Source: an uncultured Bacteroidales bacterium (lineage in GTDB: Bacteria; Bacteroidota; Bacteroidia; Bacteroidales; VadinHA17). From it: DNA of 64,000 bases. Below are positions 20,709 through 31,711 of this stretch, in pieces (within the stretch, counting starts at the first letter, position 1; every line of letters begins with the position of its first letter). Both the position numbers and the translations under genes were made by a program. The stretch covers positions 427,062 to 491,061 of the forward strand of contig CAVUAX010000002.1 in NCBI GenBank assembly GCA_963739685.1. The letters are read 5' to 3'. The notes under the pieces were generated by a model, which did no database searches, was not told the origin of the DNA, and saw only the letters and a program-made list of their open reading frames with translations.

Positions 20709-23700
20709 TCATAAGCGGGGTATTGGTATTTGTGTTCCGTCATCTGCATTCCAGTCTACGACTTCCGGATCCCAACCTGACCATTTGGTCCATATATATG
20801 GATTTTTAGAAGAAATGTAGACCTGGCATCCCTGAACTTGTAATTTTTTAAGTAAATTTGTGCCAAATTTGTATGAAAGTGAAACATCCTGCAATCGGAC
20901 AAAACTCCTGCTTTCATAAATGCCTCCATGCACAACCGGTGCATTAAATACGCCTGTTGCATTATTTACTCCGTTATCGGGTGTCCAGTACTGACGAACA
21001 GCTGAAGCGTTTATCCTGCGTGCGGTATCAGCATTCCAATCGATATTTACCACAGATGAATTATCAGCAATATAATATCCATTACCTCCCTGTATTGAGT
21101 TAATAAAGAAAGATAAAACGAAACTCTGAAATGCAAGTGTATTATTTATACTGAACCGGTAGTTCGGTGTTCTGTACCCGATAATTTTCCTGTCATTAAC
21201 AGGTTCAATGACTCCATCTCCATTCTGATCAACGTATTTGAACTGACCGGGATACCAGTTTGCGAGGATGTTACCTGTATAAAGCTCCTGTTCAGTCCAT
21301 AATCCTCCCACCATCTCATAGTCATATATTGAGCTTATCGGCTCTCCGACAAACCATGAGTTTCCTATATCTTTGTCATTATTACCGCCATAAAGTCTGG
21401 ATATCTTATCCCTGTTTAGCGAAAATGTAAAATTGGATTCCCACCTTAAACGCCTTTCAATATTAATGGTTTTAAATTCAAGTTCAATACCTTTATTATC
21501 TATTGATCCGATATTCGCCCAGACATTATCGTATCCTGTAGTTGGAGGAAGTGCCCTGCTAACCAAAACATTACTGGTTTTCGCCTTATATATATCAAGG
21601 GAACCCGAAATTCTCCTGTTAAATAAGCCAAAGTCCAAGCCAAAATTGAATGATGCGGTGGATTCCCATGCAAGATCGGCATTGCCTAAAGTATTCGGGT
21701 AAACCCCAATTGTTGTCGTAGGGCCAAAAACATACGGCTGGGATTGCATCCTCGAAAAACTTGAGTAACGCCCTATTCCCTGATTCCCGTTTTTGCCATA
21801 CGATGTCCTTAGTTTTAAATAAAGCCATGTAACATCACTGAGAAATGACTCGTCAGAAGCCACCCAGCCCAATGAAACTGAGGGGAATGTAGCATATTTG
21901 GTGCTGGCTCCAAATCCTGAAAAACCATCCTTCCGGATTGTTCCTGTGAACAAATAGCGGCCTTTATATGTATAGCTGGCCCGGGCCATGTATGAGAGGC
22001 TGTTTTCTTCCCAGGCACCTGACGAAACAGTGAACAATGTTCCCAGCTCAATTCCATTATATCCCAGGACAGGATTGTCAAATCCTTCTGAACGAACAGA
22101 AGTGTCTTTCCCGCGCCTGTTCTCCCTGCTGTAAAGCAAGGTCCCATTCAACTGATGATCCCCGAAGCTTCTGTTGAAAGAAACGATATTGTTAATTATC
22201 CAGTTTTTTGTTTCGGAAGGAATTTTATCAGCGCGACCCTTATTCTGGGAACCCTCAGGGATAGTTGCAGGCCAGAAAGTGTCATGATTCGAAATGGAAT
22301 ACGTGTTGGAATAGTTAACTTCATAAGATAATCCTTTTACCCATGGGACAGTTATCTTAGCGGTACCAACATTAAACAGGGAATTCCTCAGATCACTGTC
22401 ATCAGCATATAAATTATTAAGCGGGTAAGGCATATAAAGTTCACCTGTAAGGTACATTTCATAATTTGGAGAACCTATAAGATTATTTGCAAGGGGGCTG
22501 CATGTCCTGGCATTTGCAAGACTCACATTCCTGCCTGAATAATCGCGGACAGAATATGTGCTATTCAAGCCCAGTGTTAACCAGTCTGTGATTTGACTTT
22601 CAACATTTGAATGCAATGTAAATCTTTTGAATCTGTCATTCAGGATTATACCTTTCTCATCGGTATAGGAGGCTGACAAGAAATAATTGCTCTTCTCACT
22701 TTTCCCAGAAAGGTTAAGGTTGTAGTTTTGTATCGGAGCTAATTGTTTTACTTCTTTAACCCAGTCAATTGCATTTCCTGCAAGATAATTATCTCTTTCT
22801 TCCTGTGTTCTGAGGAAAGTGGCTACTACCGCACGGTTTGTTATATCCGGTCTTACCGGTTTTCCCGCATCACTTGTAGGATTGGTTTTATACCAAATAT
22901 ATAAGTCCTGCTCCCAGTTATAATCACTCAACCTGACGGCATATTGCTCAGCATTCATTACTTTCATTGGATTATTTGTCATATCCTGATAACCATAGTA
23001 TGCATTAAATGAAATGACAGGCTTCTCTGTTTTCCCTTTCTTGGTGGTTATCAACATTACTCCATTTGCCGATCTTGATCCATATACTGCTGCAGCACTT
23101 GCGTCTTTAAGAATATCTATGGACTCCACATCACTGATATTAATATCTGTTACAGCCCCATTGTAGATAATTCCATCTAGAACAATTAACGGTTCGTCGT
23201 TTGCTGAAAGTGATGTTTTTCCCCTGATTGAAAGTGATGGCTCGCTTCCTGCCAGACCAGAGGCCTGAACATTCACCCCGGCCGAAGCTCCCGATAAAGC
23301 CTGAGAGAGGTTCGTATTTGCAAGGTCTGCCTTATCCTCCATATTTACTCTTACAACCGAACCTGTAAGATCACTTTTCTTCTGAACCCCGTAACCAATT
23401 ACTATTACTTCATCAAGAGACAGCGTGGATGGGACAAGGGCAACATCAATAACAGTCCTGTCCGCAACCGTTATTTCTTTATTGTCATAACCGATAAAAG
23501 AATAAATAATTACAGCCTCCCGAGAAGGTGCTGATATTGAATATTTTCCAGTTATATCAGTCAAAGTCCCTATCGTTGTACCTTTGACAACAACATTGAC
23601 TCCTGGCATTGCAAGCCCTGATGAACCATCAGTCACTGTTCCGGAAATAGTTCTTTGTTGAAGACCGGTTCCATGTAAGGCATTCGTAACACCCAGCAGC

Positions 23701-23786
23701 ATTAAAAGGATTAAAATTTTAAAATCCTTAAGCAATTTTTTCAGGTACGGATAAGTCAGTACCTCTTGGTTGATCGTTTTTTTCAT
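20709..23786 (-). CDS. SusC-type TonB-dependent receptor
   Basis: 1025 aa. It carries TISGTVTDGSSGLAMPGVNVVVKGTTIGT (CarbopepD_reg-like) and a plug with IVLDGIIY...VESIDILKDASAAAVYGSRSANGV. Confidence 0.92.
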   Translation of the reverse strand: MKKTINQEVLTYPYLKKLLKDFKILILLMLLGVTNALHGTGLQQRTISGTVTDGSSGLAMPGVNVVVKGTTIGTLTDITGKYSISAPSREAVIIYSFIGYDNKEITVADRTVIDVALVPSTLSLDEVIVIGYGVQKKSDLTGSVVRVNMEDKADLANTNLSQALSGASAGVNVQASGLAGSEPSLSIRGKTSLSANDEPLIVLDGIIYNGAVTDINISDVESIDILKDASAAAVYGSRSANGVMLITTKKGKTEKPVISFNAYYGYQDMTNNPMKVMNAEQYAVRLSDYNWEQDLYIWYKTNPTSDAGKPVRPDITNRAVVATFLRTQEERDNYLAGNAIDWVKEVKQLAPIQNYNLNLSGKSEKSNYFLSASYTDEKGIILNDRFKRFTLHSNVESQITDWLTLGLNSTYSVRDYSGRNVSLANARTCSPLANNLIGSPNYEMYLTGELYMPYPLNNLYADDSDLRNSLFNVGTAKITVPWVKGLSYEVNYSNTYSISNHDTFWPATIPEGSQNKGRADKIPSETKNWIINNIVSFNRSFGDHQLNGTLLYSRENRRGKDTSVRSEGFDNPVLGYNGIELGTLFTVSSGAWEENSLSYMARASYTYKGRYLFTGTIRKDGFSGFGASTKYATFPSVSLGWVASDESFLSDVTWLYLKLRTSYGKNGNQGIGRYSSFSRMQSQPYVFGPTTTIGVYPNTLGNADLAWESTASFNFGLDFGLFNRRISGSLDIYKAKTSNVLVSRALPPTTGYDNVWANIGSIDNKGIELEFKTINIERRLRWESNFTFSLNRDKISRLYGGNNDKDIGNSWFVGEPISSIYDYEMVGGLWTEQELYTGNILANWYPGQFKYVDQNGDGVIEPVNDRKIIGYRTPNYRFSINNTLAFQSFVLSFFINSIQGGNGYYIADNSSVVNIDWNADTARRINASAVRQYWTPDNGVNNATGVFNAPVVHGGIYESRSFVRLQDVSLSYKFGTNLLKKLQVQGCQVYISSKNPYIWTKWSGWDPEVVDWNADDGTQIPIPRL

Positions 23787-24439
23787 TGCATAGAAAGGTT
23801 AGTTAATTAATAAAAAATTAATACTCAGCCGGCTAATAGACATAATTTGCGGGACAAATAATGGTAATCAAAACTAAATGTTCATAACTTGAAAATAAAA
23901 TGTTAGTATATGGCCGGCAGTTATCTTAAACAATAAACAATCAAACTATTATTGAATCACGAAGGGCCGTGCGATTTAACTGTAAGAAATAATCAAACAA
24001 GGAATAGGCTTTCTAATTATATCAGGTCAGGTTTATTCCGGTATCTAAATTCAATGCATCCTGAAAGCAATACTATAAAAAAAACTAATATATAACAATT
24101 TTTAATATTTAATTTATTGCTTCAATTTAATTTCACCTGCCCGGCACCTTCAGGTAAGAATGCCAATTCTATCAAAAGCAGGCTTTACTTATTATAAACT
24201 TGCTTCCAACAGCTAAGAGAAAGCCTCTGCCAGTTAATGTGAAATGGTTTTATAATCCGGGAAGTTTTTTGCCAGACAAAAAAATTACTACCGGTTTTTT
24301 ATAAAAGAAGCTTAAATTATTAAGGTAATTTGCCTGATTCATCACCAGGTCAGCTGCAATAATTGATCTTGTTCCGGATAATCTTTAACAAAAATTAAAA
24401 AAATTAGCACTTTTTGCTTGATTTATTAAAAAAATCACC

Positions 24440-24447
24440 TACTTTTG
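24440..24447 (+). promoter_or_regulatory. Bacteroidetes-type -7 promoter box (TAnnTTTG) for the ilv-leu unit
   Basis: The sequence is tacttttg. A TTG lies at 24418-24420, about 19 nt upstream, as a possible -33 element. Confidence 0.5.
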
Positions 24448-24468
24448 TCCATCAATAATAGCATAACA

Positions 24469-24528
24469 GTGAGAATATTTTATTTACATATTATTGTCCT
24501 TATTCTTATTATAGCCTCGAGCAAATGA
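24469..24528 (+). promoter_or_regulatory. ilv-leu leader peptide ORF (branched-chain-rich)
   Basis: gtg aga ata ttt tat tta cat att att gtc ctt att ctt att ata gcc tcg agc aaa tga encodes (M)RIFYLHIIVLILIIASSK. Ten codons are I/L/V, including the run IIVLILII. The start is GTG; the frame is also open upstream to a TTG at 24445. Confidence 0.6.
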
Positions 24529-24566
24529 TCCGGGAATAATATGTAGTACTTTTAAATATACAGAAG

Positions 24567-24595
24567 CTTTCCGGAAATCCGGGAAGTTTTTTTTT
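24567..24595 (+). terminator. Attenuator terminator upstream of ilvD
   Basis: The stem is ctttccgg / ccgggaag (8 bp with one G-U) with loop aaat, followed by T9. A copy of the 3' arm (atccgggaa, 24528-24536) overlaps the leader stop codon and can pair with the 5' arm as an antiterminator. Confidence 0.65.
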
Positions 24596-24614
24596 AAATA
24601 CAATTTTCAAAGAA

Positions 24615-26441
24615 ATGAAAAACAAACTCAGAAGTTCCAGAACAACAACCGGCAGGATTATGGCCGGCGCCAGAAGCCTGTGGCGTGCAAATGGCATGAA
24701 AGAGGATCAATTCGGAAAGCCTGTTATTGCAATTGTAAATTCATTTTCTCAGTTCGTTCCGGGACATGTCCACCTTCATGAGATCGGACAATATGTTAAA
24801 AAGGAGATAGAGAAACATGGCCTTTTTTCCGCCGAGTTTAATACAATAGCTATTGATGATGGCATTGCAATGGGGCATAACGGAATGCTTTACTCCCTCC
24901 CTTCAAGAGAGCTTATATCAGACAGCATCGAATACGTCTGTAATGGCCATCTTGTAGATGCAATGATTTGCATAAGCAACTGCGACAAGATAACTCCGGG
25001 CATGATGATGGCAGCCATGAGACTTAATATTCCAACTGTATTTGTGTCAGGAGGACCAATGGAGGCAGGATGGCGTAATAACAAGGCTTACGACCTGGTG
25101 GATGCAATGGTTGCTGCAGCCGACGATTCGGTTAGCGACAGTGAGTTGTCTGAAATTGAAAAATCTGCCTGTCCCACATGCGGATCATGCTCAGGGATGT
25201 TCACTGCAAACTCAATGAATTGCCTGAATGAAGCTATAGGATTAGCCCTTCCTGGCAACGGCACAATTCTGGCTACCCATCAGAACAGGACTAAATTGTT
25301 TGAAAAAGCAGCCGGACTTATTGTTGAACTGGCTGACAGATATTATAATAAAGGGGACGAAACTGTTCTCCCCAGGTCAATAGCCACCCGTGAAGCTTTT
25401 CTGAATGCCATGTCACTCGACATTGCTATGGGTGGTTCAACCAATACAGTCCTTCATCTTCTGGCAATTGCCAGAGAAGCAGGAGTAAATTTTACAATGA
25501 AGGATATTGATGATCTGTCAGGGAAAATTCCCAATATTTGTAAAGTTGCTCCCAGTTCTCATTACCATATTCAGGATGTTAACAGGGCTGGCGGTATTAT
25601 GGCCATATTGGGTGAACTTGCGCGTAATAATCTTATTGACAGCTCAGTAGGACGCATAGATTACCCTACCCTGCAAGATGCGTTGAATGACTGGGACATA
25701 TCAGGCGGAAAAGTTAAAAACTTTGCCCGTGAAGTTTATAAAAGCGCTCCCGCAATGGAAAGGAGCCTCAAAATGGGATCTCAGAATACCTTTTATGATG
25801 AGCTTGATACAGACAGGGAGAAAGGATGCATCAGAAGCACAAAATTTCCTTATAATTCTGACGGAGGCCTTGCTGTGCTATACGGCAACATTGCAGAAAA
25901 GGGTTGCATTGTAAAAACCGCAGGGGTTGACCAATCACTTTTTTCATTCAGTGGACCTGCAAAAGTCTTTGAATCACAGGAAGATTCAGTTGAGGGCATA
26001 CTAAACGGAGGGGTGATTGATGGTGATGTTGTAGTTATAAGGTATGAGGGGCCTAAAGGTGGACCAGGAATGCAGGAGATGCTATATCCAACATCATATA
26101 TTAAATCAAAGGGATTGGGTAAAAAGTGCGCTTTAATCACCGACGGACGATTCTCGGGTGGCACTTCAGGCCTCTCAATTGGTCATATATCACCTGAAGC
26201 AGCATCAAAAGGAGCAATTGCATTAATTAAAACCGGAGACATTATTGAGATCGATATCAGCAAGAGGAAAATAAATGTTGTCATCTCAGAAGATGAATTG
26301 AAAAAAAGACATGAAGAGGAAGTTTTGAGAGGCGATAAAGCCTTCACTCCTCATTCAAGAAAAAGGGAAATAAGCGCTGCCCTGAAAGCATATGCCTCCA
26401 TTGTCAGTTCATCTGATACTGGAGCGGTAAGGATTATATAG
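24615..26441 (+). CDS. ilvD: Dihydroxy-acid dehydratase
   Basis: 608 aa. Family hallmarks include ...RSLWRANGM..., [12 protein letters not shown], and [16 protein letters not shown]. Confidence 0.95.
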   Translation: MKNKLRSSRTTTGRIMAGARSLWRANGMKEDQFGKPVIAIVNSFSQFVPGHVHLHEIGQYVKKEIEKHGLFSAEFNTIAIDDGIAMGHNGMLYSLPSRELISDSIEYVCNGHLVDAMICISNCDKITPGMMMAAMRLNIPTVFVSGGPMEAGWRNNKAYDLVDAMVAAADDSVSDSELSEIEKSACPTCGSCSGMFTANSMNCLNEAIGLALPGNGTILATHQNRTKLFEKAAGLIVELADRYYNKGDETVLPRSIATREAFLNAMSLDIAMGGSTNTVLHLLAIAREAGVNFTMKDIDDLSGKIPNICKVAPSSHYHIQDVNRAGGIMAILGELARNNLIDSSVGRIDYPTLQDALNDWDISGGKVKNFAREVYKSAPAMERSLKMGSQNTFYDELDTDREKGCIRSTKFPYNSDGGLAVLYGNIAEKGCIVKTAGVDQSLFSFSGPAKVFESQEDSVEGILNGGVIDGDVVVIRYEGPKGGPGMQEMLYPTSYIKSKGLGKKCALITDGRFSGGTSGLSIGHISPEAASKGAIALIKTGDIIEIDISKRKINVVISEDELKKRHEEEVLRGDKAFTPHSRKREISAALKAYASIVSSSDTGAVRII

Positions 26442-26481
26442 TATATGGGAAAGCTATCACGCCTTTAATATCAAAAATATC

Positions 26482-28281
26482 ATGGAGAAAGTTATAAGCA
26501 AGAATAATAGAAAAGGAATAATAACTGAAGTAAAATCAGATATGAAGAAAGTGTTAAAAAAAAGTGAGGAACCGGTCCAAATCAATGGATTTGAAAATAT
26601 TACAGGAGCAGAAGCTTTACTGAAGTGCCTGATTGAGGAGGAGGTGGATACAATTTTCGGGTATCCTGGAGGAGCAATAATGCCTGTTTATGATAAACTA
26701 ATGGACTATGAACAGGAACTGACACATATACTCACCCGCCATGAACAGGGAGCTGCCCATGCAGCCCAGGGCTATGCAATGGTAACCGGCAAGCCAGGTA
26801 TATGCTTTGCAACTTCCGGTCCCGGTGCTACAAATCTTGTGACAGGTATCGCAAATGCTTTTCTTGATTCAGTACCTGTTGTATTCATAACCGCCCAGGT
26901 TGTTTCATCACTTATTGGTACAGATGCTTTCCAGGAAACTGATATTATTGGAGTCTCCATGCCTGTTACAAAATGGAACTGCCAGATTAAAAAACCACAG
27001 GACATCCCCGAAACAATTGCGAAAGCATTTTATATAGCAAAAACAGGGAGACCCGGGCCTGTGCTTGTTGACATCACAAAAGATGCCCAGCTTGAGAAAC
27101 TTGATTTCAGGTATAAAAAATGCAACTATATAAGAAGCTATAACCCGAATTTTCCAATTCATACCATGGCACTTGAATCAGCAGCAATATTGATCAACCA
27201 CGCAGAAAAACCACTTATCCTTGCAGGTCACGGTGTTCTGATCTCCAGGGCCGAAGCAGAATTAAAAGCATTTGCAGAAAAAACAGGTATTCCTGTTGCA
27301 CTTACTTTACTTGGCCTTTCAGGTTTCCCTTCGGCACACAGATTGTATGCGGGGATGCTTGGGATGCATGGAAACTACGGTCCAAATATGCTGACCAATG
27401 AGGCAGATCTTATTATTGCGATAGGGATGCGTTTTGACGACAGGGTTACCGGAAATCTGAAGAAATACGCCAAAAACGCAAGAATTATTCATATTGAAAT
27501 TGATGATGCAGAGATCAATAAGAATGTAATGGTTGATGTTGAAATACATAATGATGCAAAAGATGCTCTTACTCACCTTTTACCTCTTGTTAATGAAAAC
27601 AGTCATGAAAAGTGGATAAGAGAGTTCAGGATACATGATAAATCTGAATATGATAAAGTTATTAAATCAGAAACAAAGCCTGAATCCGGAAAAGTGAGAA
27701 TGGGTGAAGTTGTAAGATTGGTTTCGGAGCTGACAAACGGTGAGGCAATTATTGTTACCGATGTGGGTCAGAATCAAATGATGGCAGCCCGTTATTACAA
27801 ATTCACCTCCCCTGATACATTCGTCACATCGGGAGGAATGGGTACCATGGGATTTGGTCTGCCTGCCGCAATAGGAGCTAAATTAGGAAAACCTGAAAGA
27901 CAGGTTGTAGCTTTCCTTGGAGATGGAGGGTTTCAGATGACAATTCAGGAAATGGGAACTATACTCCAATATAAGATCCCTGTCAAGATCATTATACTGA
28001 ATAACGACTTTCTGGGAATGGTAAGACAATGGCAGGACATGTTCTTTGCCAAAAGATATGCTGCCACCGAAATGGTAAATCCTGATTTTGTAAAGATTTC
28101 GGAAGGTTTTGGCATTCCTGCAAAGATAGTCAATGAAAGGGCAGATCTTAAGAATACAATCATAGAAATGCTTGATTCAAAAGGGCCATTTCTTATTAAT
28201 GTTACAGTGGAGAAGGAAGGAAATGTATTTCCCATGGTAGAACCCGGGTCGTCAGTTTCCGAAATAAGATTATCATATTGA
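26482..28281 (+). CDS. ilvB: Acetolactate synthase large subunit (ThDP-dependent)
   Basis: 599 aa. It carries ITGAEALLKCLIEEEVDTIFGYPGGAIMPVYD and the ThDP motif GDGGFQMTIQE...NN. An alternative start is Met21 (26542). Confidence 0.93.
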   Translation: MEKVISKNNRKGIITEVKSDMKKVLKKSEEPVQINGFENITGAEALLKCLIEEEVDTIFGYPGGAIMPVYDKLMDYEQELTHILTRHEQGAAHAAQGYAMVTGKPGICFATSGPGATNLVTGIANAFLDSVPVVFITAQVVSSLIGTDAFQETDIIGVSMPVTKWNCQIKKPQDIPETIAKAFYIAKTGRPGPVLVDITKDAQLEKLDFRYKKCNYIRSYNPNFPIHTMALESAAILINHAEKPLILAGHGVLISRAEAELKAFAEKTGIPVALTLLGLSGFPSAHRLYAGMLGMHGNYGPNMLTNEADLIIAIGMRFDDRVTGNLKKYAKNARIIHIEIDDAEINKNVMVDVEIHNDAKDALTHLLPLVNENSHEKWIREFRIHDKSEYDKVIKSETKPESGKVRMGEVVRLVSELTNGEAIIVTDVGQNQMMAARYYKFTSPDTFVTSGGMGTMGFGLPAAIGAKLGKPERQVVAFLGDGGFQMTIQEMGTILQYKIPVKIIILNNDFLGMVRQWQDMFFAKRYAATEMVNPDFVKISEGFGIPAKIVNERADLKNTIIEMLDSKGPFLINVTVEKEGNVFPMVEPGSSVSEIRLSY

Positions 28282-28347
28282 TAAATTTAAGATAGAACAA
28301 AGTGATGCTTACGAAAAAGCAAAACTTTAAAGAAAAATTAGCAAATT

Positions 28348-28908
28348 ATGAAACAGGAATTTACAATATCACTTTTTACTGAGGATCACATAGGTATTCT
28401 CAATCAGATAACAATTATTCTTACACGCAGACAGATAAATATTGAAAGCATAACAGCTTCCGAATCAGCCGTTAAAGGAGTAAAACTTCTTACACTGGTT
28501 GTAATGGCTACTCCTGACATGGTAAGAAAAGTAGCAAAGCAAATAGAAAAGCTGGTAGATGTTCTGAAGGTTTTCGTACATACATCCGAAGAGATCATTT
28601 ATCAGGAGATTGCATTGATTAAAGTGACTACCAAAGGAATCATGTCGGGGAATGTAATTGATAACATTGTACGCTTACAACATGCAAGGATCCTTGAGGT
28701 TTCACCTGAATTTATTGTTATTGAAAAAACAGGCCACCAATCTGAAATAGCAGATTTTCTTCATCAGCTTGAACCTTATGGAGTTCTGCAATTTGCACGG
28801 TCGGGAAGGGTTGCAATAACCAAACAGGTAAAAGAACTTACTTCATATCTGAAAGAGATGGATGAAGCTAACGGGATTCAAACTGAAAAGGCAGAAGTAT
28901 TTAATTAA
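28348..28908 (+). CDS. ilvN: Acetolactate synthase small (regulatory, ACT) subunit
   Basis: 186 aa. The N-terminal ACT domain reads FTISLFTEDHIGILNQITIILTRRQINIESI. It lies directly after ilvB. Confidence 0.88.
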   Translation: MKQEFTISLFTEDHIGILNQITIILTRRQINIESITASESAVKGVKLLTLVVMATPDMVRKVAKQIEKLVDVLKVFVHTSEEIIYQEIALIKVTTKGIMSGNVIDNIVRLQHARILEVSPEFIVIEKTGHQSEIADFLHQLEPYGVLQFARSGRVAITKQVKELTSYLKEMDEANGIQTEKAEVFN

Positions 28909-29016
28909 AACATCCCCACCACTGATCAGTGATGGAGGACTGAATGATTTTTGAATAAATGCAGCAGAAAATAAAAGGAAGAAAAAATAATTAACACAAA
29001 TTAAAAAATTGAAATC

Positions 29017-30067
29017 ATGGCGAAAATCGATTTTGGCGGAGTAGCAGAAAATGTTGTAACAAGGGAAGAGTTCCCGCTTTCAAAAGCCCGCGAGGTTTTA
29101 AAAAATGAAGTTGTTGCAGTAATTGGTTATGGAGTACAGGGGCCTGCTCAGGCTATGAATATGAAAGACAATGGTATTAATGTAATTATCGGACAAGCTC
29201 CTGAGTTCAAAGCCGATTGGGACAAGGCTGTTAAAGATGGCTTTATTCCTGGCAAAACGCTTTTCCCGGTTGAGGAAGCTGCCAAAAAGGGAACTATTAT
29301 CCAGTACCTGGTTTCCGATGCCGCTCAGCGCATTCTCTGGCCTAAACTTAAACCCTGCCTTAATAAGGGGGACGCACTCTATTTTTCCCATGGTTTTTCG
29401 ATAACCTATAAAGAACACACCGGTGTAATACCACCTGACAATATTGACGTAATTCTCTGTGCACCAAAAGGATCCGGCACAAGCGTCAGAAGAAATTTCC
29501 TTGCAGGGGCCGGTATAAACTCAAGCTATTCTGTATTCCAGGATTTTACAGGCAGAGCGGAAGAACGCACGATTGCCCTGGGCATTGCAATAGGTTCAGG
29601 CTATTTGTTTCCAACCACTTTTGAACAGGAAGTGTATAGTGACCTTACCGGTGAACGGGGTGTCCTTATGGGTGCACTTGCAGGTATAATGGATGCTCAG
29701 TATCAGGTACTCCGCGAGAATGGCCACACTCCTTCAGAAGCATTTAATGAAACAGTTGAAGAACTAACCCAGAGCCTTATCCGTCTTGTTGATGAAAACG
29801 GAATGGACTGGATGTATGCCAACTGCAGTGCAACAGCGCAGCGCGGGGCTCTTGACTGGCGGCCAAAATTCAAGGATGCTACTTTGCCTGTATTCACAGA
29901 CCTGTATAAAAGGGTTAAATCAGGTGAAGAGTGTGTCAGGGTCCTGGAATCAACAGGATGCGGCAAATTATAAAGAGCTCCTTGATGCTGAACTGAATGA
30001 ACTTGGCAATTCTGAACTATGGAGAGCAGGAGCCGCAGTGAGAAAACTCAGACCCGTAAAAAAATAG
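29017..30067 (+). pseudogene. ilvC: Ketol-acid reductoisomerase with a frame shift near 29946-29955
   Basis: The 318-aa ORF (29017-29973) ends abruptly at ...RVLESTGCGKL*. The expected C-terminus ...NQQDAANYKELLDAELNELGNSELWRAGAAVRKLRPVKK continues in the +1 frame (ORF 29786-30067). Confidence 0.85.
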
Positions 30068-30087
30068 TATAAAAATATAACAATAAT

Positions 30088-31585
30088 ATGGACGAAAAGA
30101 TTATTATCTTCGATACCACTCTCAGGGATGGAGAACAGGTACCTGGATGCCAGCTCAATACAATTGAAAAAATTGAAGTTGCCCAGGCTCTCGAAGCACT
30201 GGGTGTAGATGTTATTGAAGCAGGCTTCCCCATTTCAAGCCCCGGTGATTTCAATTCGGTGGTGGAAATATCCAAAGCAATTACAAACCCGGTTATATGT
30301 GCTCTGACAAGAGCGATAAAAAAGGATATTGAAGTTGCTGCAGAAGCGCTTCAGTATGCAAAAAGGAAAAGGATCCATACTGGTATAGGAACATCCGAAT
30401 TCCATATAAAATACAAGATCAAAACCACACCTGAAGAGATCCTTAAAAGAGCTGCTGATGCAGTCAAATATGCCAAGAAATTCGTTGAGGATGTTGAATT
30501 CTATGCAGAGGATGCAGGCAGAAGTGAAAATGAATACCTTGCGAAGGTTATTGAAGCTGTAATTAAAGCTGGAGCAACAGTAGTAAATATACCTGACACA
30601 ACCGGTTATTGTCTGCCTGAGGAATATGGGGCAAAGATAAAATATCTTAAGGAAAATGTTCCGAATATCGATAAAGCAGTTATTTCCACACACTGCCATA
30701 ATGATCTCGGAATGGCAACGGCAAATACAATGATGGGCATAATTAATGGTGCAAGACAGGTAGAGGTAACAATAAATGGAATTGGGGAAAGAGCAGGAAA
30801 TACTTCTCTTGAGGAGATTGCCATGATTATCAAGAGCCACCATAACCTTAATTTCCGAACCGATATAAACTCCAAACTTATCTTCAGTACCAGCCGGCTG
30901 GTTTCAACATCTGATGAGCATGCCGGTTCAGGCTAATAAAGCCATTGTTGGACAGAAATGCTTTTGCACACTCCTCAGGAATACACCAGGATGGTGTTCT
31001 GAAGAACAGGGAAAATTATGAAATAATTGATCCTGTTGAGGTTGGGATAAGAGAATCATCCATTATCCTTACAGCCACGGAGCGGACAGGGCGGCCCTTA
31101 ACCACAGGCTTGAACTACTGGGATTTAAGTTCGGAAAAGAGGAGATTGATGAGATCTATCACAGGTTTTTGATTCTTGCAGATAAAAAGAAGGATATCAA
31201 CGATGAAGATATCAGAATTCTGCAGGTGTGGTTTTCCAGGGAGAAAAATCGATTAAACTCGAACTCTCCAGGTATCATGCGGAAAATCACTATACCGGTT
31301 GCAACTGTCGGAATAAAGATAAATGGTGAAATCCATATCTCGACAGCTCCGGGAAACGGACCAATTGATGCAGCGTTTACTGCTGTCAAACACCTGATCA
31401 GCAAAACGGTACATCTTGAGGAATTTCTTATCCAGGCTATTACAAAAGGAAGTGATGATCTTGGCAAAGTTCATATCCAGGTCGAGCATGAGGGGAAAAT
31501 ATATTATGGCTTCTCGGCCAATACAGATATAATAACTGCTTCAGTGGAAGCATTTATAGATGCAATAGCAAAAATAATTAATAAT
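30088..31585 (+). pseudogene. leuA: 2-isopropylmalate synthase, multiple frame disruptions
   Basis: The N-terminal 282 aa are open ([12 protein letters not shown]..., [13 protein letters not shown]). The continuation ...[16 protein letters not shown]... (30945-31172), ...[34 protein letters not shown]..., and the C-terminal regulatory domain (...GNGPIDAAF...[24 protein letters not shown]...) lie in shifted frames. The end coordinate is approximate. Confidence 0.85.
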
Positions 31586-31711
31586 CCTCCTTGCACTGAA
31601 TGGAAGTTAAATACAGGGGCTAAATGGTCCGCCTTCGGAAGGTGGAGCATAAATAAGTTTAAAGCAAATAGATGGGTTAAGAGAACTCAAAAAGAGAAAA
31701 TTATTAATAAA

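Noticed and set aside
23787-24400. Long AT-rich divergent intergenic region screened for tRNA, small ORFs or a riboswitch
   Set aside because: No cloverleaf-compatible sequence, no T-loop GTTCGAATC-like motif, and no convincing ORF. The only notable item is the 17-nt repeat reported separately.
26482-26541. 20-codon N-terminal extension of ilvB (MEKVISKNNRKGIITEVKSD) as a possible additional leader
   Set aside because: It is in frame with ilvB, with no terminator after it. It is most simply an alternative start-codon choice (Met21 at 26542 is equally plausible).
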